Assembly: GCA_002104905.1 (NCBI GenBank)
Contig: MCFE01000015.1
Location: 1 to 64,000, forward strand
Reading direction: 5' to 3'
DNA: 64,000 nucleotides
Source of the DNA: Basidiobolus meristosporus CBS 931.73
Taxonomy: Eukaryota > Fungi > Basidiobolomycota
Part shown: in pieces, positions 11,863-24,881 of the stretch
Numbering within the stretch: position 1 is the first letter of the stretch
Layout: the number at the start of each line of letters is the position of its first letter
Made by a program: the position numbers and the translations under genes
Notes under the pieces: generated by a model
What the model saw: the letters and a program-made list of their open reading frames with translations, nothing else
What the model was told of the DNA's origin: nothing
Database searches by the model: none

Positions 11863-12378
11863 TTGGAGTAATGGGGTTTATCGCCCGTGAAAATATGGTG
11901 AGGCCTTTTATGCTGGGGAAATCCCTCCCCTGATGCCATACCAACCGTCAATGAAACTATAATGTAGATAAGCTTCTTGAATCTGAGTACAATGGTGCAT
12001 CGGCTGGCCTTAAAGATGGCATAATTAGGTCTCTCATGAACACGTGGAATATTCCACCAACGTGCATTCAGCCACCGCTTTAACACCCCTAACTCAGTTA
12101 CTCTAATTAGATGCACGTTTCTTGAACTTTAAAGGAGGCCGATATTGAGAACGCCGTGTGAGATGACCGGCTTGACTACTAGTATGCTGCCAGACAAGAC
12201 CCGACTTGATCCCGATCTTTTGTGTCATCAGGATTGACTGTATTTTTATGAAATTAGGTATATTACAGGCTGAGGAAATTCACTAATATTGGCAATGGTT
12301 GGGCTACTGGGCGGCTTCGGCTAATGGCAGTCCCGAGAGGCAATTGGGTTGAGAAGGGCTACTAAAACTACGCTAAGG

Positions 12379-13358
12379 TCAATAGATGGTATTAGTAAGT
12401 CGATGAGTGACCCCACTCTCCTCAGATCTATCTTGGGTACCACTCTCGGGTTCTTTTTCGAACGACTCCTCTTCATCTACGTCCAGCAAATAATCCGAAG
12501 CATCCATTTCCATGGTTTCGTGAGCGCTATCTAGCACTGGGGTGATGTGTTTTTCTTTCAAAAGCTGATCGATGAACCAAAACTGAATGATGTTCATTAC
12601 TAGTGGGAAGAACAGCATCACAAACACCACCTCAACCTTGGGTGACGGTTTGAAAGGTGACAGTAATGCACGGACCACGGGGAGAACGAAGGGAATCGAG
12701 TAGATAATAAGTAAGATGACCTTATTTATCATCGACATCCCAATAAACCATCCCAGCTGGCGCAACCAAGTGGAGACATTGGGTGGATGACCATACTCCC
12801 CCGTTCTTAGGCTATGCCATTTATAGTCCTCAATAAGCTTGTTCGAAAGCCTTATGAGAAAATACATGGTTGCTACACCAAAGGTGGTATCCATAAAGAC
12901 GTTCAGGAAGTACCTATGAGTCAAGGGTGGTTAGGGCTTATGATCCGCAAGTTGTGTGTTGCTTTTGCAGTATCATACCAATCACATGGATCAGACTGCT
13001 CTTCGGTGACCAAGCTTGCGTAGCTCAAGAAAACGTTGGCGAAATGAACAACGCAAGCAGCAAACCCTTGCTTCGAAGTATCAAAAAACCTGTAGGAAGA
13101 TGAATAACCTGGAAACAAGAAAGAGGTGTTTCGAACTTACCAGATGAGTAGGGGTCTTCTGGGATTCTCTTTCTGCCTTTTGACTAAAGGTGCCATGTTA
13201 GTCTGCCGAGTGCGTTAGTAGAAAGGTTCGAGTTTCGTACTTAACAGAGTTGAAAAAGCTGTAAACGCGAGAAATGCTTGGACGATAATGGCAAAATTGT
13301 CGGTAAGCGAGCACTGTGCCGCATGAGGAGGGATTGCATCGGGTACCAGTGGATCCAT
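12379..13358 (-). CDS. STIMATE: STIMATE/TMEM110-like membrane protein (4 exons)
   Basis: Spliced translation MDPLVP...QCSLTDNFAIIVQAFLA / KRQKENPRRPLLIW / FFDTSKQ..HFANV..DPCDW / YFLNVFMDTTFGV ... NIIQFWFIDQLLK is the family signature. Confidence 0.85.
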
Positions 13359-13889
13359 CGTTGCGACTAAATATACACAAGTGAACGAGCCAGAAGTAGT
13401 GCTCAGAGACTCGAGATTAAGAATAGAAAATAGGGTGGTGGTTAACCTTTCTAAAGAAGTTTAATAAAGGTGAGGGCTACCACGAAATATAAAGTTAAGG
13501 TAGGAGCAGGGACGGGAACTGGATGGATACCTGTGAGGAGAAACCACTATCTTAGTTATATTAGCTAACAAGCGAATCATCTACGGCGTATGTTCTAATA
13601 TAAATAGATCTTCCGAAGATTCTATTTCACTGTATGGAGGACTAGACAAGCTCATTAAAACCCTATTACTTCATGCCTAATTTGTGCAATGTACCCCAAT
13701 CTTAGATACCACCACCAGTGAATAAATTAACATTTCATCAAGCGTTTAATCTCATTGATTAACATTCAGCATACCTTAAGCATATTGATTAAATCAGAAA
13801 TTGGGATACGAATCAGGATAGCTGATCATACCCATGTAAATATTTGCTGCTTCATCTCAAACCTTGGGAAATATCATGGAATCGGACTT

Positions 13890-14310
13890 TACCTTATAGG
13901 ATTAGCAATCGCACCCAACCAACCACCACTCCAGTTCATGTTGACTTCGTACACCTACACCAATCACTGACTTTCAATGTTGACATCAGTCAAGGGAATA
14001 TGGAAAGGATGGTGAGTGAAGCTCAAGGACCGTATTTCGTTGAATCAGCACCTTTGTATTCTAAGTTGGCTCTACCTCCGAGATTGGCTGTAGGGAATCA
14101 ACCGGTTTGATTGACTGATGGTGCTAATGATGAAATGAACATTGAGTTTACTGGTTTGTGCTGGAAATAAGATAGTGCTACGTGTGGATGAGTTCACAAA
14201 TGATATAGGTGCATATTTTCGGACAATTCCCTCGATTGTTTGCCTTGAGTCAAGTGTTATGGTGCGATGGCCAGGTGATGTCATATCCATAGTAAAAACC
14301 AATAAATATA
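13890..14310 (+). CDS. Possible small multi-exon gene of unknown function (5' end unresolved)
   Basis: Good GT-AG pairs join VHVDFVHLHQSLTFNVDISQGNMERM / LALPPRLAVGNQP / IVLRVDEFTNDIGAYFRTIPSIVCL in frame; no family recognised. Confidence 0.3.
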
Positions 14311-14347
14311 CGAGCGATTGATGTGCATATTATCCTGTATTCACACA

Positions 14348-14602
14348 ATGGCCTACGTTCCACTAGCGAACACCAATGTTCCGGAATCTTCCCCAGAATC
14401 ACCGCCAAACCGCCATTTGAATGCCACTCGTACTTCTGCCTTCACCCACATTGTTGCTGGGAAAATCAAGGAAACCTACGGAAATCTTGTTGGAGATGAA
14501 GCGGCCAGGACACTGGGGAGGGAGATAGAGCAGCAGGGACAAGAGGAGCTGGACCTCACATACAAGAAGCATCATCTGAAAAAGTCCCAGTTCTCGACGT
14601 GA
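14348..14602 (+). CDS. Small CsbD-like stress protein (84 aa)
   Basis: GKIKETYGNLVGDEAARTLGREIEQQG resembles the CsbD repeat; ATG in good context at 14348. Confidence 0.6.
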   Translation: MAYVPLANTNVPESSPESPPNRHLNATRTSAFTHIVAGKIKETYGNLVGDEAARTLGREIEQQGQEELDLTYKKHHLKKSQFST

Positions 14603-15542
14603 CGGCGATGCTAGAGTGATTATAGTTAGCCTCGTAGCAATAGCAATACCAATAAACCAAGGAAATTAATTTGTTCTCGAAACATGGCTGCACTACCAGC
14701 TCGAACGATGATTGCCCAATCACTTGGCAGATTAATAAATAGCAGGATTCATGTGCAATTGGCCAATCGAATCCCCGTGGTGGATAGGAGTATCAGGTTC
14801 TAAACTCAGATTTTAAACTCAACCATCTGAGCTATTAATATTCCAAGAAGCTTGGCCACATCCAGCCGATCTACAACGCTCGCTGATTTGATCTGATCAG
14901 CAAGAACATAATGAGTGTGACATGATAATGATTCATTAATGAAGAGACGAGGCATTGATGAAGAGATAAACGTTGCTGCAATGATGGGAAGATAAACTTC
15001 GCTGAGGTGATGTGAGGTATGCGAGGGAGAGGGTAAACCTTACTCCAACACTCGACGCTGAAACTAATTGGGTGCGGGAATTATGGTTTCTACAGTGCGT
15101 TGCATATGCGCCAGATACGCCTCATATCAAATCCATCTTCAAGGTAAACAACAATTAGATCAAACACCGATGATTCTGTATTGGGGTACACTTGCCCTCC
15201 CCTCCCCTGAACCATGAGTGTATTCAATTTAGGGTGTTGACATGCAAACTTTGAGTTTGGGGGCCTTTTTTGGCATGGCCTTCACTACTCTTGATTCTCA
15301 CTAAGAGCAACTTGCTATAGACACTATTCCTTTACCTTGTTTTCCCAAAACAATCCAAAAAGCCTTCCCGACTTTTTGCGAGACAGACGTGTACCCACAC
15401 GCATCCTTCTCTTTTCCAAAGGACTCTACTCTCGAACCGCCGAACTCGACCACACAATCTCTGTTTGAGTTGTAGTGCAAGCCGAAGCTTTTATCTATTA
15501 GATCTTACCCACTAGTATCCTCCTGCCAAACAGCCAAGAAAT

Positions 15543-18020
15543 ATGCCAACAACTACTATGAGTTGTTTGCCGACGCAAAACCATTTCACTCAGAAGGGCT
15601 GCTCAAAGCAGAAACTTGAGCGCAATTTTGCCAGAGGAGGCGCCTCTAGTCCCGATCGGTCCATTTCAACCACTCCACTATTACCTTCTATCCCAACCAC
15701 ACCACTGGCGCAGCCCTTCCCGAACACACCTCACATGTCACATAATGATAACACTCTGGACCATTCAAAACCGCTCGACGGGATCCAGCCAAGCGAGTCT
15801 TCAGAATCACAGGGACACAGGACACCACGCTCAGTTCCGGCCTCCCCTAATCCCCCGTTACAAGACTCCCAATCGCCTCATTTCCTTCCTTGGGGGATGC
15901 AGGGTTTCCCAGGCTCCCCGATTCCACACCCTCAAAGCTGGGGCATGTTGCCTCCACATTTCCCCGCCAATGCTTCTCCAGTGCCGATGATGTCTATGTT
16001 GTGGACCAAGATGGACGCAAACGATGCAAACGGGTCGCCAACCTTTACCAACGGTCATATCCCGACCGCGTCCAATTATGGAGGCCAATCAGGGGCTCAA
16101 AGTAGCCCCTCTCAGCCTCCACATGTTTCACCGGTAATGTATTATCCTATTCCCTTTGGTTGGAATGGTGGTGTACAACCCCCCGAATGGTCACACTATG
16201 GAGGGTATGTGCCATATCCGCCGGTCCCTATATTGATCGGGCCTAACGGGTATCCTTTGCCCATGGTCCCTCCCCCAGCAGATGGTTTCAGCTGGCCTGC
16301 CCCTGGCGTGAACTCGGAGAATCCTCGTCAAAGTCCGCTTCCTATTCACCGCCAACCAGAGGTTGCCGAGCAAGCGCCCGTTGACAAGAGCACTGATAAT
16401 GGGCGTACAGTCGGGGAGTCCACTAGCGCCCCACCATCAAAAACCTCTAGCGAAGCCGCAGGCTCATCACAAAACGCCAACGCCAACATGTCACTAGAAA
16501 CTGACCGAATCGTATCCGAATTCAAGGATCTAGCCATCTCTCAAACCAGTGAAACCAATCAACCAGTGCCCGATGTCAAGGTTTCGTCCGTTGAGGATTC
16601 CCAGCATCATTCCAAAGCCCATCCACCGAAGAACGAGAATGGCAACAACCAAGGCCACCGCCACGGCAAAAAGCCATTCCATCGTGGAAGCACTTTCGGC
16701 GAGCAGGGGAAATCCGATCGTTCGTACGGTGCCCGTTCATTCCACCCAAACAGGGGCACTGGCCAGTATGAGGGAAAGCGGGTGCTGGACAAGAGCGACC
16801 CTCGCTACCTCAAAGCAAGGGCCAGATTCATCTCCGTGCTTACGGAGCAGGTGTCGGAGCTGTATTTGAAACTGACTCCGTCCGTAGAGGAGGTGAGCCG
16901 TAGAGAACAGCTTTATTTTCGCATCCATAGCATCTGCGAAGAGCTTTTCCCTGACGCCCAGCTGTTCCAGTTTGGTTCCACCGCCAACGGGTTTGGCTTG
17001 AAAAATGCCGACGTTGACTTCTGCTTGTGCACTGCGGAGAACTCCTCATTGACCGCCGTGGCGTTTGTCGAGCAGCTTGGAAGCGTCTTGAAAGAAAGAG
17101 GAATGGAGAATGTCATGCTTCTCACACGGACCCGCATCCCCATCATCAAGCTTAAGGATCCCGTGAGTGAGTTGAACTGTGACATCGGGTTCAACAATCG
17201 ACTGGCTGTGTACAACACACGCTTGTTGAGAATGTATGCAGAGGTGGACTCCCGAGTGAAGGAGATCGTCGCTATCGTCAAACATTGGGCGAAGAGCAGA
17301 CAGATCAATGAGCCGTATCTCGGAACGCTCAGTTCGTATGCCTACGTTCTAATGATCATTTTCGTTTTGCAACAGCGTGGGGTGCTTCCTTGCCTGCAGC
17401 AGATATGCGAGGGAGAGAAGAAGGAGGTTCTGGTGGACAACTACGACGCCTACTTCTTCGACAACATCACCGATCTACCTAAATATTGGAAGAGTCAGAA
17501 TAATGAATCGCTTGGGGAGTTGCTGTATGAATTTTTCCGTTTCTACGCCAGCGATTTTTCGTACTACGGCTCCGTTGTCAGGTGAGGACCTTTGGCATGA
17601 CGATATGAAAGCTATATTGCTAATCAAATTTCGTTTGTTTGCTCACAGTGTAAGAACCGGGCAGGTCATGAGCAAAGAAGAGAAGGGATGGACAGCAGAG
17701 GTAAGGATCTAAAGAATCGTTTGCACGAGAGTCCAACCGAAGCTAATCGTTCATGTGGAAAGGCCACGCGTGAGTCAGGGGCCTCCCATGTGCAGGATCG
17801 CTACTGGGTATGCATTGAAGATCCGTTTGAAGTGACGCACAACCTTGGACGTCCTGTTAACAAGAATAGCCTCTACACGATCCGAGGAGAGTTCATGAGG
17901 GCTGCCAACATTCTTGGCGGCACGCGGACAAGCACCATTCTTGAGCGGCTGTGTCAAGTGTACGTACCGGAGGAGGAGCCACCCAGAGCGCCACCGGCAC
18001 CACACGAGCGATCCAATTAA
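15543..18020 (+). CDS. CID1: Cid1-family non-canonical nucleotidyltransferase (likely TUTase) with a long low-complexity N-terminus; introns 17582-17648 and 17701-17762
   Basis: FGSTANGFGLKNADVDFC (GS plus DxD), CDIGFNN, GTLSSYAY, ESLGELL and IEDPFEVTHNL motifs; the start could also be the later Met (MSHNDN). Confidence 0.9.
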
Positions 18021-18505
18021 GCATTACTTACGTTGATCGTGGTTTTCTAATAGCACAAGACACATTCGCAGTTGTTTGGATAGACCATTACCTAATTTTC
18101 ATCGGTATTTTTGTTTATTTCAGAAGACTTATTGCTTTAATTATTCGTTGGTGTGGTTAAGCCATCCGATTTCATACTGAGTTTTTTGATCCCTACACCC
18201 CCTCTCCCACCCACATCCAAGCCTGCACCTTCACTTGCCATTTCACCATGTAATTTTATCATCTCAAGCCACTTCCAAATCCCTTCTCTTTTCCTATGCT
18301 TGAATATTTGTAATATTTACCAATGAAAAACGAAAAAAATCCAATAAAACAGTGTATTATAGGGAATCCGCAGTCGGGCCGCAACCCAATTAAGTATTGC
18401 CAAAATTCCCCTCCGTGGGACAGTGTGGTTCAGGATTGCGGCCTTGTTAAGGTTAAAAATTTTGGATCAAGTGGGTGCACATCTTCATTCTTTCATATCC
18501 AAGTA

Positions 18506-19833
18506 ATGTATCGTGTCGGTTTGCAAGCACCTTTGAGGTCGCTCACCTCGAGCCAGCAGGGTGTCGTACAGCTCTCGTAAGTACTGTTTGAACGTTGGAG
18601 AGGCGTCTTTTCAGCTTAGCATTGAACCGATATGCGTTTCTTTTAGATGGACAGTGAGAAGGGTCGTGGCTGCCAATCACAAGTAGGGTGGATGCTTTGT
18701 CGATATCCTCAGCTCGGTTGCTCATCTTCAGTTCCTCTAGCCTATACCGGTTCAAGCACTCATCCGCCATCGACGCTGCCACCATGGGTAAATCTGCAGA
18801 GGTTTCCAAACCAGTGACGTCCTCGACTAGTATCGCCAACTCGTTCGATTTCACCCTGGGCGGCAAGGCGAACGCCACGGCCATGGAGCGCTTCAAGGAG
18901 TTATTGGTGTTCTACAAAAATGGTATAAAGCAAACCTTCTCCAACAAGAAGATGGCCAAGGGGCTGAAGAAGAAGCAGGCGGCTGGCCAAGAATTGACTA
19001 GAAAAGAATACCAACTGGTAAGTATCTGTGCGTCCGACCTTCTCCTGGGCCTTCCCGTAATAATTCGGATTCTCTCGTAGATTTCCAGAGCCTTCGCTGA
19101 TTCTCGGAAGCTCGTCCCATTTGCCTTCTTGTTGGTCCTGTTCCCAGAGGCGATCCCATTTATCTTGGTCTTTGCCCCAAGCGTAGTTCCTTCGACCTGC
19201 ATCACTGAGAAACAGATGGTACAGCTGTATGACAGTCTCATATCCTGGTCTAATCTGACTGATGGATTGCTCTCTAGGAAAACAAAATCAAGAAGGTCAA
19301 CGAGAAGCGCCAAGCCATTGTTCAGAGCGTGTTGGATAGCCTTGAGTCTGGTAGCCATTCGGTAAGATAATCTCAAACATTGGCCGATCATGAGACGAAA
19401 CTAAGGTCCAGCTTTTCTATAGCTCACCAAAGAAGAGTTCCAGAGCCCTGGCGGGATCATGCAGTTAAGCCGTCGCTTTGAAAGCGATTTCCAGTTGAAC
19501 GCGATCCAGCAGATCCAATTGTCCGCTTATTGCCGTTTCATGGGACTGGCGGATTTCGGACCTAGATTTATGCTGGAGCGCCGGTTGTCCAAGCACCTCG
19601 ATTATCTGAGGGAGGATGATGGCTACCTGGCCAAGCAAGGGCTCGGCCAACTCTCAATGGAGGAATTGCGCTTAGCTAATGAAGAGCGCGGCATGAGCTC
19701 CATCGATAAGGATGAGAAGCAGCTGTCCAAGAACCTCCAGACATGGGTTGACCTCCATCTGTCCAGCGATCCTGCCGTACCCAAGGGCCTCATGGTGTTC
19801 AGTAGAATCTTCCAAAACCTTCCCAAGAATTGA
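18506..19833 (+). CDS. LETM1-domain mitochondrial protein (short LETMD1-like form, about 5 exons)
   Basis: Presequence-like MYRVGLQAPLRSL; ELLVFYKNGIK, LTRKEYQL, DSRKLVPF, VVPSTC, YLREDDGYLAKQGLGQLSMEELRLANEERGM. Confidence 0.8.
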
Positions 19834-20118
19834 TCGAACACCCATCTCCCTCATCGCATATCTTCGATAAATCCGATATTTATACCATGATGCATTTATA
19901 GATCCAATCTAATAAAACTCCCATACATACATACAGATTCCTCAATTTCCTGATGAAAATTTGTTTCATGACTGGAGTGTTTGCATAGTATCACGTGACG
20001 GGACATCTGTCTCTAGGTCAGAGTATTTAGCACATCAGACAACGCGACTTTGAAAATATATGTACATATACCTACATTCCTTTGCCATAGTTTCTCGTAC
20101 CCACATAATACCTCCCAA

Positions 20119-22238
20119 ATGACCGACCGAAAAAGAGCCGAGGGTGTGCAGGAATGGTTAAGTCAGCTACTCACAGATCCCTGGATCTCCCCGACCATAG
20201 CCGCTGGCGAACTGACCAATGACACCTTGGATGATATCAAAGAGCGGTGGAATTTATATGAGACCCAAATCAAACTCGGGGTGATGTTCACCTTGATCGG
20301 GATTAAGAAGAACAGCCTGGCTGAGATGAGCACCAAGATCGAAGAGGTAAAGTTTGGGGAATTTCTTTCGTTTGGAAGAGTTTCGCGTGGTATCCGCGTG
20401 ACGTGCACCTCGAGCGACCACTACGGCGGTTCGTACCTATCAGCTCGCTTGAATCAATAGCGTCTGGTGGATTGTCGGGGTGTTTGGTCAGGAGGGTGTT
20501 GGTAGACATTGGATCCTAAAGATATTAATCCTTTTCCAAATGCTTTAGTTGATTACTCTTGGTGTGGAGGATCCGGATGAATGGGTTCGACTGATCGCTC
20601 AAACATTTCAAGGTTTTACTGCGTCGGGTAGATTCAACCTTGAGCCTCAGGTGTTTGTGGAGCGTTGCACTCAACCTTTGTCTGACTTGAAAGACTCCTG
20701 TAAGTATTGAACGATTGCGTACGCTCAGTTTCGGTTATCCCTATATCGGTTCTCTAATCCAATGTCAAACAGTACAGAAACATGGAGTCGGCTTTCATCC
20801 CAGAGTTTTTGGTTATCTGAACAGTCAAGTGGTGAAGTCATTACAAGTTACCGAGGGGTCAAAGCCGGTAAAGACCCATTTCAAGGTCAAGGGCTCTCAA
20901 GATGCGATTCACGCTAGTCGCCAAGAGAAATTAAAAGCATTCGTAACGACCACGAATCCTACGCCAGCCGGCCCTGCTCCAGGCATAAGCATGGCTAGAC
21001 CCCCTCCAGCTGGAGCTTCGTCATTATTCGTAAACCGCCGAAAGAGCTCGACAAATTCCTTCCTCCGCTCCTCACAACCTAACAAAGGACCTGCCAATGC
21101 CTTTAGTAAAGGTGAGTCCGACAAACCATCGATTCTGTCGAATATTTGCCAATGTATACTTAATTCGCTTGATATAGGTGTCGTTAGTAACAGCGTTGGA
21201 GGATATCAAAGGCAGCAAAGAATACAACTGCTTGATTTGGATGAAGGAAGCTCGATTATAAAGAAACAGGAAGAAACCAAGTTAAAACGACAGCAAGGTA
21301 ATGTATACTAGAATATGATGGCCATGGTGATGTTGTTACTAACGTCACCGCCAAAGATGAGCAATACGAGAAAGAACTCAAACGTCTGAAGCGTAAGACT
21401 GAAGCGGAAGAAAAGAAACAAGCCGAAATAGAAAAGAAGCGAGAAAGAGAAAAGGAGCGTGAAGAGAAGCGAGCCGCCAAAAAGAGAATGGATGAAGAGG
21501 CTCGCGAAGCTAAAGCGGCTGCTAAGGCAGCAGCGGCGGCAGCGGCACTCACTGCTTCGGATGAAGCTGCTGACGGTAAGCTTCCTAAATGATCAATGAA
21601 CTCATCAAGCGATTGTCTAATGTCATCTCGAATTTAGATCCTACCGAACGAGGTTTGGAAACTGATATTAGGTTCCCACTAATGAGCAATAACTTACGGA
21701 TAGCATCTCTAGCTGATGATCAATACAATCCAAATGGCACTGAAGGCCCTGATGACGATAATCCGCTTGGTAAGTTTGTGGCAACAGGAGCATGTTTTAC
21801 ATCAGCTAACTCTCTTACTATCAGGTACACCTGCGCTCCCAGAATCCCCACCTATCGTCAATTCCCCGCCTGAAGCACTACCACCTCAGGCTGAACCCAG
21901 CATAAGCCCACAATTACAACAGACTCAACTTGCTGTGCTACAGAATACAAATGCTCTAAATGAGGAGGACCGTCAACGAATCATCGATTTCCTTTGCGGC
22001 AAGCCAGGTAAACACAGAAGTAACAGACACACACCGATACGAGAACCTAACCCGTTATTTCAATCTAGTCGCAATGCCTCCTAATCATAGTGGTGAGACC
22101 TATCAAATCGTCATGAATGAGGAACAGAAGTTTGACAATCGGACTTCACGCACGGTTCTCGAGCACATCGTGTTCGAAATGAACCTGTCGAATGGACAAT
22201 GGCGCAAACTCCGTAGAAAAAAGACCGTTAATTCTTGA
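20119..22238 (+). CDS. NELFA: Negative elongation factor A (NELF-A/WHSC2) homolog, 8-9 exons
   Basis: Spliced product has WLSQLLTDPWISPTIA, QIKLGVMF, LGVEDPDEWVRLIA, GYLNSQ, KTHFKVK, IQLLDLDE and the C-terminal LNEEDRQRIIDFLCG...IVMNE...VFEMNLSNGQWRKLRRKK. These are collinear with metazoan NELF-A as I recall it (DSDPWV, QYLNK, KHFQL, VKLLDISE, ILGFMAG, VFEMNYATGQWTRFKKYK). Confidence 0.85.
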
Positions 22239-22731
22239 GCTTTGAGTTGCATCCTTGGCAATATATCGTAGACATTCCGTCTCATTTCAGAAATCAGTAA
22301 TTGCTGGTCTGTTAGTAATGGATCTTCCAATCTTTTGGTAGCGTTTTGTCCACAGATAATACATGTATGCAAAGAGAATAAATATGTAATGATAATATAA
22401 ATATGTGGTTTCGATGTATTTGGATTCTTGTGCAACACCAAAGACCGCCAAGCGCTAGATTAATTCTAGTAAAATTGTGGCCAATTTTCCTATTGGATGG
22501 TACAAGGTACTTTCTTGGGAGAATCCAAAGATGCATTATTAATAGCCAGTGAACTTTTAGCAATGTGAGGAAGTTGACAACCCAAGTGGATAATTTCTGT
22601 CGATCCCTTCACTCAAGTGTTTATATCTCGGCAGACTTCGGGTTCGGGGACCTTCTTCACTTTGGTCTGTTCAATAGTATATCATGCACGAAAGCAAATC
22701 TCTCGATAGACCAGGTGGAGCCCTGCGAATA

Positions 22732-24719
22732 ATGCTAGTCTGCTCATTAATAGTACTTTGCATTGCAACAAGCAATGGTTTAACTATAATGCCGTCCAGA
22801 GTACTTCTTAGTGATAGTCGGGAGCAAAACATGCTCGCTCAATTTGCCTTCGGCAGAGGAGGACAGGGACGTGTTAGTATTGGTAATCTTACCGGCATTC
22901 CTGATAATTACACCGATCGGCATTTCTTCAGATTCGCCGTTGTGGAGGATACCTATTGGTCAAATGTAAGTTATGGCCAGTGCTTTATCCACGTAGTCGA
23001 TAAGTTTCCGTCAAATATTCTAACCTGTCGGTAAACAGCTGGAATCGCTGGCAGCTACCACCCAGAAAAGCTATTGCGATATTGACAGGCTCTATTGGGG
23101 GGAGAATGCCATATACAGGAGCTTTGATTATGCTCAGTTGCAGGGGCCTTTCAACGCCAGTCAGTCAACAGAAAGCTTCGTGATTCACAGGACTGGTACA
23201 TACTACATGCTCTTCCTGAATTGCGGGAATTTCGAAGTAGAATTCTTGGTAATTTTCCTGCCGAACATATAGCCCCTTTATGTAACCCAGCTAACAATGG
23301 TTTAAAAGCTTTATGCTTCGTTCTTTAATATGGTAAACGGGAGAATCACGCACCTTCCCGTCGGTTCCATTCCGTTACCCACTGTGTATATGATATTTGG
23401 ACTCGGGGTATGGCCAGCATTTGCGCTTCCATGGGTATATAATTGGTATCGGCAACGACAGGTAAGCAATATGCTTATATGCTACTTGTAGCCTAGCCCA
23501 ACAGACTAATGTGCGTTCTTAGCAAAGAGTCAACCTGCATTGGCTGTACTCGCTGTATCCGATGCTACAGATAGCGCTCTGCTTGTATTGCGCACTCGCA
23601 TATAACTTCATTTCCAAGACTGGTACGTATCTTTATCTGTACGCGACCATCCAAAGAATCGCCTGGCTAACTGGGAGCGTTAAAAGGTGAAACCCCCGAA
23701 TGGCTACAGGTTTTCAGAGGGAGCCTCTGGTTCATTTCTTCTTGCTCGTACTATTTGTTCCGACTCTATGTCTCAAAAGGCTATGGAATTTCTCGAACGA
23801 AGCTCGCGTCACAGGAAAAAAGAGTTGTCTTTGGTAGGAGATATGCCAGGATAATGTCTCATTTTATTGAATCTAACCAACCTTAGGAGTCGCGGTGTTT
23901 GCTGCCGCGATGGAAGCAACGCAGCAGATCATAGGAGGGGCCTCAGTGGTATGTTTGCACCCACTAGTGATCTAACCACCATCTAACCCGCATCTAGATT
24001 GGCGTGATTATATTCTACTTCATTACGTATTTCTATTTGTTCTGGAACTCGCGTGCTCACTTTCGCTTACTCGGCTCCTACATCGGCAAACTTCGCGAAA
24101 AATCCTCGACTGAGCTGTTGGTGAAAGCATACACTCGGAAGTACAAGTTGATCCTGTAAGTTGCGAGCACTAGCCTATCATCGTTCCTATCGACCAACCC
24201 GTGTTCCTCCCATAACCCAGACAGACTTGTCGCATTGCTATATGCTTTGGATTCGTGTCTCTCTTGGTAAATTCCCTGAATTCTTCGTTCCATGTCGACT
24301 CGCGCTTACAATTGATGCAGATCCAGGTGGTCGACTATTTGGCCTTGACCCTGACCGTTCGCTATATCCACCACATCACGATACAGGGGATTCGAGCCAT
24401 TGAGTTCCTTGTCATGGGGTAAGCCGAGATTCTTCGAGTGAGTTGTTACGCTTTCTCACTAAACTCTCCTAGTTATTTTTTCTTGCTGAGGCCGGCTGAT
24501 AGTCACATCACCATTTCCTCGCATTCGTTGCGTCGCAGAGCTCTACTAGAACGCCAGCCAACATCCCAACAACGCCAGGCGGCTCCTTCCATAAACTTGG
24601 GGAGTCAGGAATTAGACGAAGCACCAGAACCCGCCAACCGTTACACCACCTCGCCTGGCCTCGCATCCAGCCGACCAACCATTCGGTTCCGGAACTGGAA
24701 CTGGCTAAGACGCAGTTGA
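22732..24719 (+). CDS. Lung 7TM receptor-like (GPR107/GPR108/TMEM87-type) protein, multi-exon
   Basis: Signal peptide, lumenal domain (QFAFGRGGQG; MVNGRITHLPVGSIPLP), then seven hydrophobic exons; alternative ATG at 22684. Confidence 0.7.
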
Positions 24720-24881
24720 GATGCCTCCCTGGACGGCCTACACTCAACGCCTGACCCTTTGTGACATCAATGCATGTAGACAACTATGTAAATAAACCCT
24801 CCTCAGAGGTGGCCATCACCCGCTCTATTCATGCAAGGCATGTGGTGTCATCTTTAATAATGTTATGCAAGAATGGATTTT

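Noticed and set aside
21256-21552. Poly-Ala/Ser/Phe ORF on the minus strand
   Set aside because: Antisense of the charged, Ala-rich NELF-A linker.
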